A stretch of 63,927 bases of DNA, counting the filler, from Sphacelaria rigidula (lineage: Eukaryota): assembly GCA_964200075.2 (NCBI GenBank). It is 10 parts of 10 records of this genome, joined end to end, with 100 filler letters (N's around TTAATTAATTAA, not from the genome) between each part and the next. Parts side by side here need not be neighbours in the genome. Positions count along the whole stretch, not along the records: positions 6,404 to 12,706 come from CAXNAA020020907.1; positions 12,807 to 19,109 come from CAXNAA020020908.1; positions 19,210 to 25,512 come from CAXNAA020020909.1; 7 more parts are not named here. The stretch is one strand, 5' to 3'. The notes below the pieces were generated by a model. That model was given only the letters and a program-made list of their open reading frames with translations. It did not search any database and was not told the origin of the DNA. Every line of letters starts with the position of its first letter. Position 1 is the stretch's first letter. This document shows, piece by piece, positions 11,427 through 23,607 of the stretch. A program made the translations under genes and the position numbers.

Positions 11427-12811
11427 CTGACCGTTGAATATATCGGAACGTGCTACGATGAAAACGAAGGGCGGTTCATATCAGACATGACTTGTACACG
11501 TGCGCCATAGCGCCGAACCGGTAACGTAGAGACGCAGAGGTTGAAAAGTGAACGTTTCGAAGTGGAATTGAGCTTCGTAGTTGAGGAATGAGGCGGCGTG
11601 AACAAAAATAAAAAGCAACCGAGTGGCAGGGTACTGTCAACAGTCGATCGACATGTAGTTCCGCGCACTCCGCACATGCATGAGGTCTACCACCTTGTCA
11701 ATCAGGTGCAGACAAGAGAGAAAGGAAAACAAATATGCCGAAGGCACACAACAAACCGTAGGTGTGTGTGTGTGTGTGTTGGAACAAATTGTAACAGCAA
11801 GAGAAAATAAAACGAAGATTGTCACAAGCAACAGACATACAGTGTCTGTCACCGTCACCGTCCGCAAGCTATTCCCCGCTGGGACCATTTGGAATCGAAA
11901 CGGTGCTGTATTGTCATCAGCACTTCATTTCGGAACAATAGTTCAACGGGAAAAGTGAGTGGCCTTCTGGACGACCAAGTATATACTAAGTGCGTGTTGG
12001 TGGGGCGGCAATCAAACTCTGCGTACACTGGTGCCGTGCAAAAGTAACAAGAGTGCAGGGTCGAGCGCTTGTATACAAGTAACATGAGCCTCGCGCATCG
12101 CCCTGTTCAATCATGCTCGTGTACAGACAAAACACTCTCATCCTGGTCCATCATGCCGCATCGATATAATTCGGTGTGCATGGTGGCTCAACGTTCCGTG
12201 TTCGGGCAAGAAAAGCCGTATGTACAGCGGGCGGCGATTGAAATAGCCCGCGAACTCTTTACCTGCAAGCACGAATCGGCGTGTGTTTGGACACATGTCG
12301 GTCGGTTCGGTTGATACAGAATCGACGGACTGTGAGTAGGGGCGCTTGCTGGGGTAGGTGGTCGGGAGGGCGGTGAAAAAGCTAGGGACCTTTGAGGGGC
12401 GTATCTAAACAAGGAACGTATGAGCGGTTCAATTATCCGAGAACCGCCCGTGGGTAAAAAAGGACACGGCACTTCAGATCGAGTGTGCATGAAAACGCTA
12501 TGCGTTCTCTCTGCAGTGCAAAACGTTGCCACAGTCACTTGGCTTGTACCGTCGCTATGACCTGCAGGGTGCGGGGAATATGCTTGTGCAGCAAGAGAGG
12601 GCTGACGTGCGCGTTCATACCTGAAACGCCTCATGGTTCGGCCGCCACTGCCTGAAACCAACGGGGGTACCGTGTGGCACATCAAAGACCTGCAGCGAAC
12701 TCGTGTNNNNNNNNNNNNNNNNNNNNNNNNNNNNNNNNNNNNNNNNNNNNTTAATTAATTAANNNNNNNNNNNNNNNNNNNNNNNNNNNNNNNNNNNNNN
12801 NNNNNNATCGT

Positions 12812-13548
12812 TAAGGGCTCGTACAAACATAACGATAGAGACTCATGGGACAGAGGAAGCATATATTGAACGCAACCCATGCAAAAAGTATCGTTTCCCC
12901 AATATATATTGCGCACGCTCATCGCATAGCTATTGTGCAGCCAATATATATATTGAGCACGCTCGCGGAGGAATATATTAAGCGTTTTCGGCATGTGGTG
13001 ATACACATTTCAATGGCGCCCGCGAATATAGAGTTGCCCAGCATACTCATTCCAATCCACTTTGCAATCTACATGCTGAAAATAAAAATATATTGCTACA
13101 CCATCCGTTCCTTCGTGTGTTGCCGGCCCAATATTTATTGGACGCATTAGCGCACGACATATCAAACGGCAATACATATTGGCGCTTCAGCTGTTGAGTA
13201 TATTGAATGATCAATATACATATATATATATATATTGACCTCGTGTGGCAGCCAATATATTACTCGACAAATATATATATATATATATATATTGGTGCCA
13301 TCTCGCACTAACATATTACTCGGCCAATATATGTTGAGGTGGCGCGTGTGGTGATATATTGTCCGGCCTATATATATTGCATGCCGCGAGCCTTGACATA
13401 TTGCTTGCCAAATATATATTGACCCTCTCTCGTGCCATCATATTGCTCGCCCAATATATATTGACCACCCGATGCGTCGACATATTGAGCGGGAAATCTA
13501 CATATTACATGTTGTTTTGTCCAGGGTGTGTTATATTGCGCAACCCTA
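12812..13548. mobile_element. Probable hAT-type non-autonomous element containing a palindrome/spacer array
   Basis: The right end reads TAGGGTTGCGCAATATAAC on the minus strand; an imperfect match AAGGGCTCGTACAAACATAAC lies at ~12813. Confidence 0.45.
12900..13506. repeat. Array of ~42-bp units: conserved YATATTG-N5-CCAATATATATTG plus a unique 17-18-nt spacer
   Basis: Repeat ends at 12911, 12955, 13140, 13181, 13237, 13294, 13336, 13379, 13421 and 13463; all spacers differ. Confidence 0.85.
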
Positions 13549-13632
13549 GTTTGTTGAGTAGTTGCTTCCTTGATTGCACCATTGCGACAGATGAGAGACA
13601 TGTAATAGTACTGATACTTTCCCGCATATGTC

Positions 13633-13940
13633 GCCGCGCCCCGGTGGTGTAATGGCCCGACTGTCGCCATCAGAGTTGAGAGTACGAGGGTTCGATTCCC
13701 GATGCGTCGGGTTTTACCTTCGCAATGGCTGATTTCCACCGTGGAAAGCGTGAGAACCTGAGTAAACAGAGTAGTCGACTAAGTTTGTTCGACATGAGTT
13801 GACGCGGTGCGGGAGTGCTGACCCAATCCGTGAGACCAAAATGAAAGGCGTGTACCGGGGGAGGGATGGGTTGATCCCTTGAGACCACGGATTCGTCCCG
13901 AGGACGAGGAGGGGCTCAAAGTGCGACGAATGAAAAACAA
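13633..13940 (+). mobile_element. tRNA-derived SINE, family B
   Basis: A box TGGTGTAATGG, B box GGTTCGATTCC; 3' end GACCACGGATTCGTCCCGAGG..AAAGTGCGACGAATGAA. Full-length homologue at 38583-38895 (-). Confidence 0.85.
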
Positions 13941-14049
13941 ATATGTATATATACCGAATTTGAATAACTTTGCGATACGCTTGGGCTTCGAGTGCGCGAT
14001 GGTAAGCACGAAGTGAGATTTGTTGACCACTCGATTGTAGCTGGGCGGG

Positions 14050-14345
14050 AGAAAAGAGCGTTCGATTCCCGCCACAGACGCATTTAGTTCGGCTATTTCT
14101 CGGAAAGTGGCTGAGTTCCATCGTTGAAGGGATGAGGACGTAAGTAGCAATAATAGTCTGTTTGAGTTTGTTGGACAACGAACAGCGCGGTGTGGCGAAT
14201 ACTGATGGTCATGATCTAATCGGCGATGCCTAAATGTAACGCGTGTACCGAGGGAGAAATAATGATCCCTCGAGACCATTAGGCCATTAGACAACTAGGG
14301 CACGGATTCGTCCCGAGGGAGGGGAGGAGTCGGGGGTGAATGCAA
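14050..14345 (+). mobile_element. Diverged SINE family B copy
   Basis: GTTCGATTCCC, GCGTGTACCG.GGGAG, TGATCCCT.GAGACCA and CACGGATTCGTCCCGAGG are shared with the 13633 copy. Confidence 0.6.
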
Positions 14346-14829
14346 AAGAAATCGAGCACGTTCAAGATGTCTTCCGCGTCAATTTTGGACGGGCGCTTTG
14401 CGGATTTGATGTCTCTGCTGTCTGGGTATGAACACACATTAAGGATGCGTGGCTCGACTGTCGAAGCAAACGTGTGAGATCGTGAGTACAATGCGCACCT
14501 CTGATGTGTATCAGGATCAACAATCGGACCGGCGGTCCTGGGAACTCGACGTCTTCGCTGAAATTCACGGGCACGAAAGGCGTGTTGAGTAGCTGGATGT
14601 GCTTTCAGTGTGTTTCAGTCAGGCTTGTGATATATGTCAACAACACCTGCCTATCACTGATCTCTCGGTTCCCCAAGTTTTGGGACCCGGCAGTGACCGT
14701 AATGAGTCTTCCCCGACAAGCTTGAATTTTGTTTAAGTGAAAAAAAATGGTCTGTTATAGTTGACTCATCTGAGATTTTTTGTCACACAATTAGTTGTAC
14801 ACGGTCATGCTCGGGTCGTTACTTGCACG

Positions 14830-15010
14830 CGATTGTCGTGGGACTCCGGGACGGGACGAGGACGGGGAAAATTGTTCGTCGCCACAAACACGACGAGACG
14901 GGACGGAAACGTTTTCCCGTCGCATAATTCCCGTTCCACCCGTACTCAGAGGGCCATTCTCTCAAGATTTTCCCGTACCGTTCCATCCCTATTCTATCCC
15001 ACACCGTCCT
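14830..15010. repeat. Cluster of CGGGAC/TCCCGT motifs in inverted orientation (MITE-like remnant)
   Basis: GGGACGGGACGAGGACGGGG and GACGGGACGG on the left; several TCCCGT motifs on the right. Termini not resolved. Confidence 0.35.
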
Positions 15011-15394
15011 GTTTTGAAGGCGACGTGGTTGAAACCTCCCACCGAAAAAGCACGATGAAACCATAACGTTGTACGGAGACTTTTGTCGCACGATTACGAA
15101 GGAAGTGGCACCGGTGGCCGCTCCTTATGCTGCGAAGAAAAGCAGTTTGACAACCTTTCTGGTCGTTTTGGAAAGATATCTCGAACACCGTCTCTTTCGG
15201 GATGTTGACCCCGAAATAGTTGTGTGAGAAATCAAAAAGAAACTCGACGACAGACATTTTTCGTCGTACAAGCATTAGAGAGAGCCCCTGACTTTTTACC
15301 CTGAACCAGAGTTGCCCGAGAAAGCGATATATATAGCCAAGCACGTCTCCACATGCCCTCGACGGGTTCATCATACGTGGTCTAAGCAATGATC

Positions 15395-15797
15395 TTCGAA
15401 AGTACGGTGGAACATTGGAATGAGATTCAACTCCAAAACAGTGCTTTCCCTGACCTACAGTTACGACAAATTACTGTCATATGGACGACCCCATGCCTCC
15501 CGATCCCCCTGAAACAGTTTTTGGGGGATTCACGTCTTCCGCTTCCCTGAGAGGGTGTGCGAGCAAGCAACGTTGTCGGAATAAAAGTGTCCCTCTTTTC
15601 ACTGCGAAATCGAGTCGGAAAAGTAGCTTCGTACATGCCGTTTGGGGGAGGGGAAGACGAGAAAGCCTCAAAAATAGTTTCAGGAATGCCGGGGGGCAAA
15701 AGGTCGTCCATATGAGAGTCACCTGTCGTGACTCTAGCCCAGGGAAAGCCTTGTTTCGGATTTGAATCTCTTTTTTATGTTGAACCTCATTTTCGAA
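15395..15797. mobile_element. Foldback MITE with ~150-bp imperfect inverted arms
   Basis: Paired segments GAGATTCAA/TTGAATCTC, GCTTTCCCTG/CAGGGAAAGC, TCATATGGACGACC/GGTCGTCCATATGA, CCTGAAAC/GTTTCAGG and CGTCTTCC/GGAAGACG. Confidence 0.75.
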
Positions 15798-16204
15798 TAT
15801 ATGATCTTTTCGTCTTGAGACGGTCTACATAGGTCTTGCGAAGAGGAGCTCATTACCGCTCGGTCGGCCATGGTGTACCAGCTCGTTCACAGCACGCCGA
15901 CCGTGATGAATCAGATGGACGCGGCCGACAATCACATCGTCGATGGCGAGGAATGATCGGGGACGACTAGTGACGGTATTATCGACGACGAATTGCCGGT
16001 TACTTCGGCGCTGTCTTCTGTCCTCGCGATGCCTTGTTCGATGGCTGTGGCGTAGCTCCTCTGCGCGACACGATCTATGTGTGTGCTGTCCTGCCTTCCA
16101 CCCTATTTGCGTGTGATCTACAAGTCTGTAGTCCGTGGCCAGGTGCAACCCCGCCTCCAAAACTTCACGCCTGCCACTTGGCGTGCAAAACCTCAACTCC
16201 ATAA

Positions 16205-16661
16205 GGCCGCTTCTTCCTTGTGAAACAAAAACTGTCAAGAGCTGCCTTTTTTACCCTCCGCCGTCTTACGCCCGAAAAGAGGGCCGGGCGGATGTTGACA
16301 CCTTGGAATGACGTGCTCTACTCGGTATGACCGTTCCGGAGCAATTTGCGTTTTCTGGTGGTCGCAGCTTGTTTTTTGACAAGTTTTCACTTTCGAAGAC
16401 AAACGGTCGAGCAATAAAAAAAAACTAGCAGTTTTTCTTTGGTTTGAAAACAGTTCTTGTGTGTTGTGAGTATGCCAGCTCGACCAAGACAAAATCGCGG
16501 CAACCCGAAAACGCACAGGTGCCCTGGAACGCTTTCATCGAGTTGAGCAAGTCATTCCAAGTTGTCAACATCCGTCTAGCCCTTTTCCGGGCGTAGAACG
16601 ACGGAGAAGGGCCGAAAAGGCAGCTTTCAGCGACACTTTTTGTGACATGGGAGAAGTGGCC
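16205..16661. mobile_element. PIF/Harbinger (Tourist-like) hairpin MITE
   Basis: GGCC termini flanked by TAA/TCA; ~140-bp inverted arms (TTGGAATGAC/GTCATTCCAA, CGGATGTTGACA/TGTCAACATCCG). Same family as 44976-45443. Confidence 0.7.
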
Positions 16662-18231
16662 TCAGACGCGGCTTTACATAATGTGTAGAAGAAAAAACTG
16701 TGTTCCCAAATACACAACTTTTTTTCTCGAGCTACTACCCCATTTCTCATAATCCGTCAAAAGCACCCATATGTATAGTTCCGTTTTTTCAAAAAAAGGA
16801 TTGGGATTTTTAGGATGGAAAAGGTTCTGACCTTCGATTTTCGGATAAATCTGTAGTTGGTCTCTTCTTATACCGATTTTTTTCCTGACCTGGTTCAAAA
16901 AAGATCTCACATTTTTTTAAGGAGTTATTTTTTACCGTTAGTATAGGAGATTTCGGGGAGGATGACAGATCCGCGGACTTGGCATTTATGTGGAGTTTGA
17001 GAAATAGCGTAGTTTTGTGGACACTTCATTAGGTGAGATCGTTTTGATATAACTGTTTCTTATTTATATGTACCTGCAGTAACTCAAGGGTGTGGTCATT
17101 CGTCTCGCTCAACTCGGTAGCCGGACCTCTCTGCACATCAAGTCATATTGCGCTTGTTTGACACCAAGTCGGAATTGTTTTGGAGATTCAAACACAAGTA
17201 TGATTACGTGGACTACCATAGTGCATCTTGTGAGAAGGGCTCGATGTTGTGTACGTCATAGGAAGGGCTAAACTACAGCATTGTGTCTCCCTGGAATCCC
17301 CCCCCCATTCTGCAGGAACAGTTTCCGTCGGATTCAGGCACGTTGTGATTCGGTTTGGGAGAAGCGACGTAACCTCCAACAGGCGTACATGCTATCCCGT
17401 TTTCCGCCACAAACAAGTTTTCGGCGGTTTCGGCCAATCACGTGGCCGGACATATGGCGGGTTCGTGCTACCCGTACACTTTGTACCTGACTGTTATTAT
17501 GGGGGTAAATACGTCCAGGTATACATGGAGCTTTGTTTGCCCACGTTTTCACTGTTGAAAATTTTCGGGGGCACGTGCACATCTCAGGCCTCGCAGTGCC
17601 TGTTGAGAGCGCATTTGTTGATTCGTCACCGGAACTGCATGCCAAATTATCTGCGGTGCATAATCGAAGGACAGGACGGGTGTCAAGACTATGCACCCTG
17701 TGGTGCATGATGAATACCTTGACCATGCGACCCGACCGGAGATACGCACGCGGACCGTGTCATATGATGCTAGTACAGCTTCATAGGGTGACCGACGATG
17801 TCAGCGTGTACCGTCGGCCATCGCGTACGTTCAAGGGGGGGGTGGGTGCCCCTTGCACGCAGTGTACGCCGTTGTCCGAGGATGCTTTCGCCCCTTCGTC
17901 TTGGCGTAACTTTTTTTCATGTTACTTTTCCTTGGCGTATGTTTTACTTTTCTCGTCCACCAAGTCATTGACGAGGTTGGGGTTCGTTCCCCGACGGGTG
18001 GCGCGCAAGGGAAGATCTGGCGAAAGATATTGCGGTACTCGGTCAGCTGCGCCAAACCCACAGTTGTACGGTGGGGTTGTAGTCACTGCTGATTCTCTTT
18101 TTTGGACGACCTCCCGCACTGAAATCGCACAAATGGGCATGTCAATCTATTCTGTCATTAATTCCAGGGTTCCCGATAGCACGCCTTCATCATCGAAGGG
18201 TGAATGCGGATGTTGCTGTCATTTGTTAAAA

Positions 18232-18400
18232 ATATCCACAGTTCGGACGAATCATCGCCGATTCGTACCACCAAATCCACGATTTCTCAGACCTGATTGC
18301 TCGAAAGAGAGAGAAGAGTCGACCGCTGGTGGACAACGTCTCCTCGCAACTCTTGCGCCATTTCACGTGCTTGGGCTGCGCGTATCTGGGTTGCAAAGCT
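18232..18400 (+). repeat. Unclassified dispersed repeat
   Basis: GGACGAATCATC..CACCAAATCCACGATTTCT..GACCGCTGGT..TTGCGCCATT..TGGGCTGCG..CTGGGTTGCA recurs at 50960-51123. Confidence 0.75.
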
Positions 18401-19024
18401 GAAAACAACACCCAAGAATTGTTTCGCACGGTACGAATCAATTACACTAAAACCAAGCAATTTCCGGACGAATCAATGACTCGTGAAAAACAATTGCCCC
18501 CCATTTCTCGAATGTCCTGTAGCAAATATGGTCGTTCCGGTTGAGTATGTTACACCGCGTACGTCCGTGCTGTAACCACGGCTGCATTCGTACCGGATCA
18601 GCGACCTTGGGACAGCGATCGATTCCAGCACTACGTCTTGACTCGTCACTGCGTTGCTTATTGGTAGGTATTTGCGCATTCAAACGCCCTCGGTGAGGCA
18701 GGAGACGGTGTCACGAATGACCATTCTGTCCTCAACTCGTACGAGCAGGCGTGCATCGACACCACGGGCAAGACCAAACATATTTTGTACGGGGGCAGCC
18801 TTATGGCAGCGGAGGAGCACAAGTGCAAGCGCAGTTGCACGATCGTGAGGTCGAGGAAGAGTTGCCACACCATACTATGTGGGTGCAAGGGGTGGTGCGC
18901 CCCTAACGTCGGTGCACGACGGGTTTCAGGGACTGAATGATTAGGGGTTGCGGTAGGGCGTGAATACGAGTCGGGGGGTGACAGAAGCTGGCGTACCGTA
19001 GGCGGGCAATTCCGAAGATTTGCA

Positions 19025-19109
19025 GTGTTGTCATCCCAACTATTCTAGACGCAAGTCTACACCCTTCGGTATATGTGGGTGCATCAGCCGGGTCACACAG
19101 GAGGAAGGT
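19025..19109 (-). mobile_element. SINE family A 3' end, cut by the contig end
   Basis: GTGTTGTCATCCC..CTATTCT.GACGC...CACACAGGAGGAAGGT. Confidence 0.7.
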
Positions 19110-19408
19110 NNNNNNNNNNNNNNNNNNNNNNNNNNNNNNNNNNNNNNNNNNNNTTAATTAATTAANNNNNNNNNNNNNNNNNNNNNNNNNNNNNNNNNNN
19201 NNNNNNNNNATGAAGGGTGAGCTGCATCCTGCTAAGATTGTTTGGCCCGAAGCCTGCTGGTTATCTTGTTTTGGATGACAGCCCAGGGGGAGGGGAGGGG
19301 GGGGCACAGACGAAACAAAAAACAGAGAAGAAACCAGTAGGAACAAGGGGTGAACAAATCAGAGATAACGGAGACCAAATAGGCTTTCTTATACCCGGAT
19401 AGAACAAG

Positions 19409-19409
<1 letters not shown>

Positions 19410-19454
<45 letters not shown>

Positions 19455-19690
19455 CGAAATTTATCCAGCCGTGGTCACATGATAGACGCCCCCAAAACGA
19501 AACAAAAGTGAAACACCCGCTGAAGAAAAAGAAGGGACAAAAAAAATAGAACAGACCGATATAGTAGACTAAGACGTGAAAAATATAGGAGAAAAATAGG
19601 AGAAAAAATGAAAAAAAGCGAAAAGAGAAACACAGAAAGAAATGGTCGGTCTCTGTCCTAGTTCGACACACGTGACGCCGACCCAGGATT
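19410..19690 (-). mobile_element. Non-LTR 3' tail, family C, (TCAA)n tail
   Basis: (GATT)n at 19411-19452, CCAGCCGTGGTCACATGATAGACG, and an upstream AAAGAAATGGTCGGTCTC segment shared with the 23410-23850 copy. Confidence 0.7.
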
Positions 19691-19938
19691 CGCACATACG
19701 TTGAGCGTGATATATGCGCATGTTGGTGACGCTTGGCCAGCAAACAATGTAAAAAAAGTGGTTTAGAAGGAGACGTTGATCGATTGTGTACAGGGCGAAA
19801 GCAGGTTTGTATTCCTCAACTTCTCGTCTCTTGTATATGTTAATCCTGCATTGAGCTAGCTCACTGTCCGATTACAATGTACCCCAACGTCTCCTACATG
19901 AATATTTTCTCGTGACAATTCGGAATTGTACCCATAGA

Positions 19939-20285
19939 TCGGTGGCCCCGGTGGCACAGTTGGTAGCCTTTAAAAATTCTGACGGTTGGGTCGTAGGTTC
20001 GAATCTCCGTGCAGCCACACGATCGAGGACTTTTCTCACACCATGCCCATCAGAGGATATCGACTGTGTAGTGGGTATACAAATTCGAAGTACGGTTGAC
20101 GAGGAAAAGGGACCGCTGCACCCCTTTCGCAGTGACAACGAAGGCAAGCGCCGCAGAAGGAAGGTGGAGAACTGAAAAAAAAACAAATCCTGTGTTGACC
20201 TTCTGCCTGGGTGATCCCAGTTGATGCGCCCACATGTACCGAAAGATGTAGACTGGCGTACAGAATAGATTGGATGACAACACAC
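19939..20285 (+). mobile_element. SINE family A, full length
   Basis: A box TGGCACAGTTGG, B box GGTTCGAATC; flanking direct repeat ACCCATA (19930-19936 / 20286-20292). Confidence 0.88.
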
Positions 20286-22744
20286 ACCCATACAGTCATT
20301 GCTCGTTGTCCCGGACACCAATGTAAATTGTCGTATGGTCAGTAATTCGAATAACTTCACCTCGCACCCGGCATCCAATCATCGCACATCGCACCCATCA
20401 CGCCACACACAAGCACTCAGCACCCAGTGCCCCAAGCGGTAGGGTTCGGTCACCACGGTCAAATGTGAAGGTGAACCGAATGCTGCGGCGGTTACGGCTG
20501 ACGAAGACGACGTGCACGACGATTCGAACCCCAGGACTCCTCCTACTCAGACTCGCAGCAGTCAGTCGTCAGAGTCTCAAACCTAAAGGGAAACCTCAGG
20601 CTTGGATTATGAGTCTGACGTCGGCCTTTAAGACGTGACGCGTGTTCGAGTAGCCAGCAGCAGTAATGACAAGATTTTGAAACAGTAGGCCGAGATGCGT
20701 GGGACCAGGCAGCGGGAGGGGGGGGCATCAACAACCGTGCGTGTGGCCATCGTGCCAGTCGCCCATCGTCTGTTGAAATCTCATAGGCGCCTACTCCTGA
20801 ATTCACCGTTTGTTCGGTGCACCTCATGCCAGAACCATCGATGCCTAATTGGGTCATAACTAGTTATCTGTTCTGGTATTCGAGTGGCTATTTTCGGCAG
20901 ACGTTCGGTCAAGACATCCATGATGCCCGGGGGCATGGAAAAACTATCCGGCTTGATTGATATTCTGTCTTTTTGGAATATCTGTTGCTCAATACTGCTG
21001 TAATAGTACAGCCATGTCTATTCGGATCCAAATAGAACTCACCAAAGAACGTGGTTCGTTTTCCTCGATGTAACGGCTGCATACGGGAGAACGGTTGGCA
21101 AACAGGTGCCGACCTCTAGCAAATATGCCTGCTGGTGAACGAAGACAGCTGTAGCAAGTATAGCAACTGAGACAAGAGTCAACGGAGTCTCGCATCCTGC
21201 TCAAGACTAGGACTAGGATCCTTACTTTTGGATTCAACTGTTCTCAAATGCGTTCGTGAAGTTCATCGTTTTTGCTGTCCTATTCCCTTTGACATCCGTG
21301 GTCGTGTTCGGACCCGATATCTAAAATAGGATAATTCCAAAGCAAAACTTGCCCGGCATTACCAAAGTGCGGCGGGTGCCCGGCCATGCTATCGGGACAT
21401 TGCCCGACACAGATTGCATGTGCAAAGCTACATATGCCGACGCTGCCAAAGCACGACCCGAAGCAATCACAGAATAGGGTGCTAGATGCGCAAGGGCCGA
21501 GTGAAAAGGTAGGAGGAGCGAAACTGGACGTGCGTAATACGCAACACTAAACTCCAAAATCGCAGCATATGGAAACGCATATTTACAAGGTACCATAATA
21601 AGATAACATCATGGCGCGCGTGTATTGCAAGTTAACCTCAAAATGTCATGCTTTTTGGTGGGCGATTCAAATCGATAAAAAAAAATCGTGCCGAAGCGCT
21701 CTATTTGGTTCTTTGTTGTTGATACAAGGTTTTTCATAGTACAGTACTGGTGGTTCGCATGCGATGTTTTTCTTCCTTGTATGTACCAAATTCCACCCCG
21801 GGTGCAAACTGTAATGAAGCGGCAAGTGAGTGAGGGCAGAAAAATGCAGACATTTCAGATTTATCGTTCTGCTGCTACGGAATATCAGGCGGGCGTGACG
21901 GGTGTGTGTATCCCCGCCGTCCACTGGCACCGATTAGCGCATTTCCACATATTCGGGGGAAAAAGAAGGGGAAGTTCTTGGCCAGTGATGTTACCTCCGA
22001 CTGCAGCCACTCGATTGTTAGTGCTGTGAATTAGTATTCCCCAGGGGAAAAACAAGTGGATATAGCGGTGATTGCAGTTCACATTCATGTCCATGATTTG
22101 AGGGGTACTCACGAGATTGATTGGCACTGTCGTTGCGGCCCTAAAACAGAGGACTCTAACGACGGAGAAAGTAATCGTGCGGTTGCGTCGACCGTCTGTT
22201 CTTAGTGGTCAAAATTTCGATACCTTGTGTTCTTGTGCTCTCTGTTTTGATGTGACCAACGAATGGACGGCAAGAGGTGCAGGATATGGTGGGGCGAAGT
22301 TGTGACAAGGCAGGCCATTCGCGGGAATTAATTGCGTCGGGAGATGTGTTGCGCTAGGGGCTTCAGCGTGTAGGCCTGAACAGGTGTGCCTCGACTTGGC
22401 TTGTTTATGTGGTCCAAGTGTCATCCCGGTTTGAATCACTTTGCGCCTCGTACTTACTCTGCATGTTGTGTGTCACGAATTACCTTCAAACGGAACAAGT
22501 AACCTAGATGTATATGGATATATCGTTCATGATGTGTACTTTGGGCCAGAAGTATTGTAGTGTTGCACTACGTATATACTCTACGCAGTGCTATATTTTT
22601 GGTGGTCACATGCGCAGCAATCGCGACTGTCCCTAAGCGTATCGGCTCGACAAGCGCTTCAGTTTTACATACTTGAGCATAGTATACAATACTCATCGTA
22701 TAGTTCTGCTTCTTTTTCTCTTTTCCGCGTCGTCTTCACCAAAG

Positions 22745-22861
22745 CCTCTGTATCTTGACAAGAACCGAGCGCACATGTTCTCTCAATATATGATGGCGAC
22801 GACAGATGCATATGCTGCGCCGGGACTCGTGGTTGATGTAACGACAAACCATCCGGCACAG
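22745..22861 (+). CDS. Candidate isolated internal exon, unknown protein
   Basis: Long pyrimidine tract plus AAAG acceptor; CAG|GTACGG donor; 117 nt, phase 0-0; encodes PLYLDKNRAHMFSQYMMATTDAYAAPGLVVDVTTNHPAQ. Confidence 0.3.
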
Positions 22862-23607
22862 GTACGGCAGGACTGCAAACAAACATTTGCCGTTCGATGT
22901 TGCCACTGTTGTGGCCGATATAAATGGCTTTTCATTGGTTGGGCTATCCTGCAGTGAAGAGTCAGAGAGAGTGTGGGATTTACTTGGTTGCTACTGCTAC
23001 CGCCTTCACCATATGTACCTAGCGGCCAGTTGCACATATTCAAGGTGACCGTTCTGTCACTCGGTGGACACTAAAATATTCTTGTGGTGGTGTGGTGCAT
23101 TGTACAGTATGTACTGAAGTCCTGCTTTCGGTTGGTTTGCGATGGGCGTGTTGTGCTCGTGCTTTCGATTTTCTAGTTGTGTTTTTCGTCCTGTGTGAGT
23201 GCATGCGTGCGTTGTCCATTCTCCTTTTTCACCGTTCACCATTCACCATTCACCACTCACCATAATTGCCAGATCTTTCTTCAGAACCGAGTTTTTGAGA
23301 ACGATGATACTGCATGGTACTTGACAAACGCGGTATCAGTGCGGTACACGGTGTTTGATACCTGTACAGTGCGGTGCGTACGGTGCGGTAACATTGTTTT
23401 CGATGCTTTTTTCATTAATTGTTGCACTTTAACTGACCCCCCAGGGGTCATGATCCAGCCGTGGTCACATGACAGACGTACGTACCCAACACAAAAAGAC
23501 AACTGAAACACTCGCTGAACAAAAAGAAGAAACAGAAAAGGAATAAAGAGGAAGAAAAGGAAACGCAAAGCAAAGCAAAGCAAAGCAAAGCAAAGAAAGA
23601 AATGGTC

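Larger units (their letters stand above)
6793..12706 (-). mobile_element. Ty3/Gypsy LTR retrotransposon family 1, decayed, gag-protease region deleted
   Basis: Domain order RT-RNaseH-IN. The 5' region 11450-12706 is homologous to 59445-60990. Premature stops and frameshifts are present. Confidence 0.92.

Noticed and set aside
12900..13506. Bona fide CRISPR array
   Set aside because: Eukaryotic context, no cas genes, degenerate repeats and 17-nt spacers; reported as an unexplained array instead.
13637..13712. Functional tRNA genes here and at the SINE A heads
   Set aside because: A and B boxes are present but the cloverleaf stems are broken, and each head is fused to a repeated SINE body.
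17281..18402. 289-aa ORF 17533-18402 and neighbouring ORFs
   Set aside because: No recognisable motif; the 3' end runs into a dispersed repeat.
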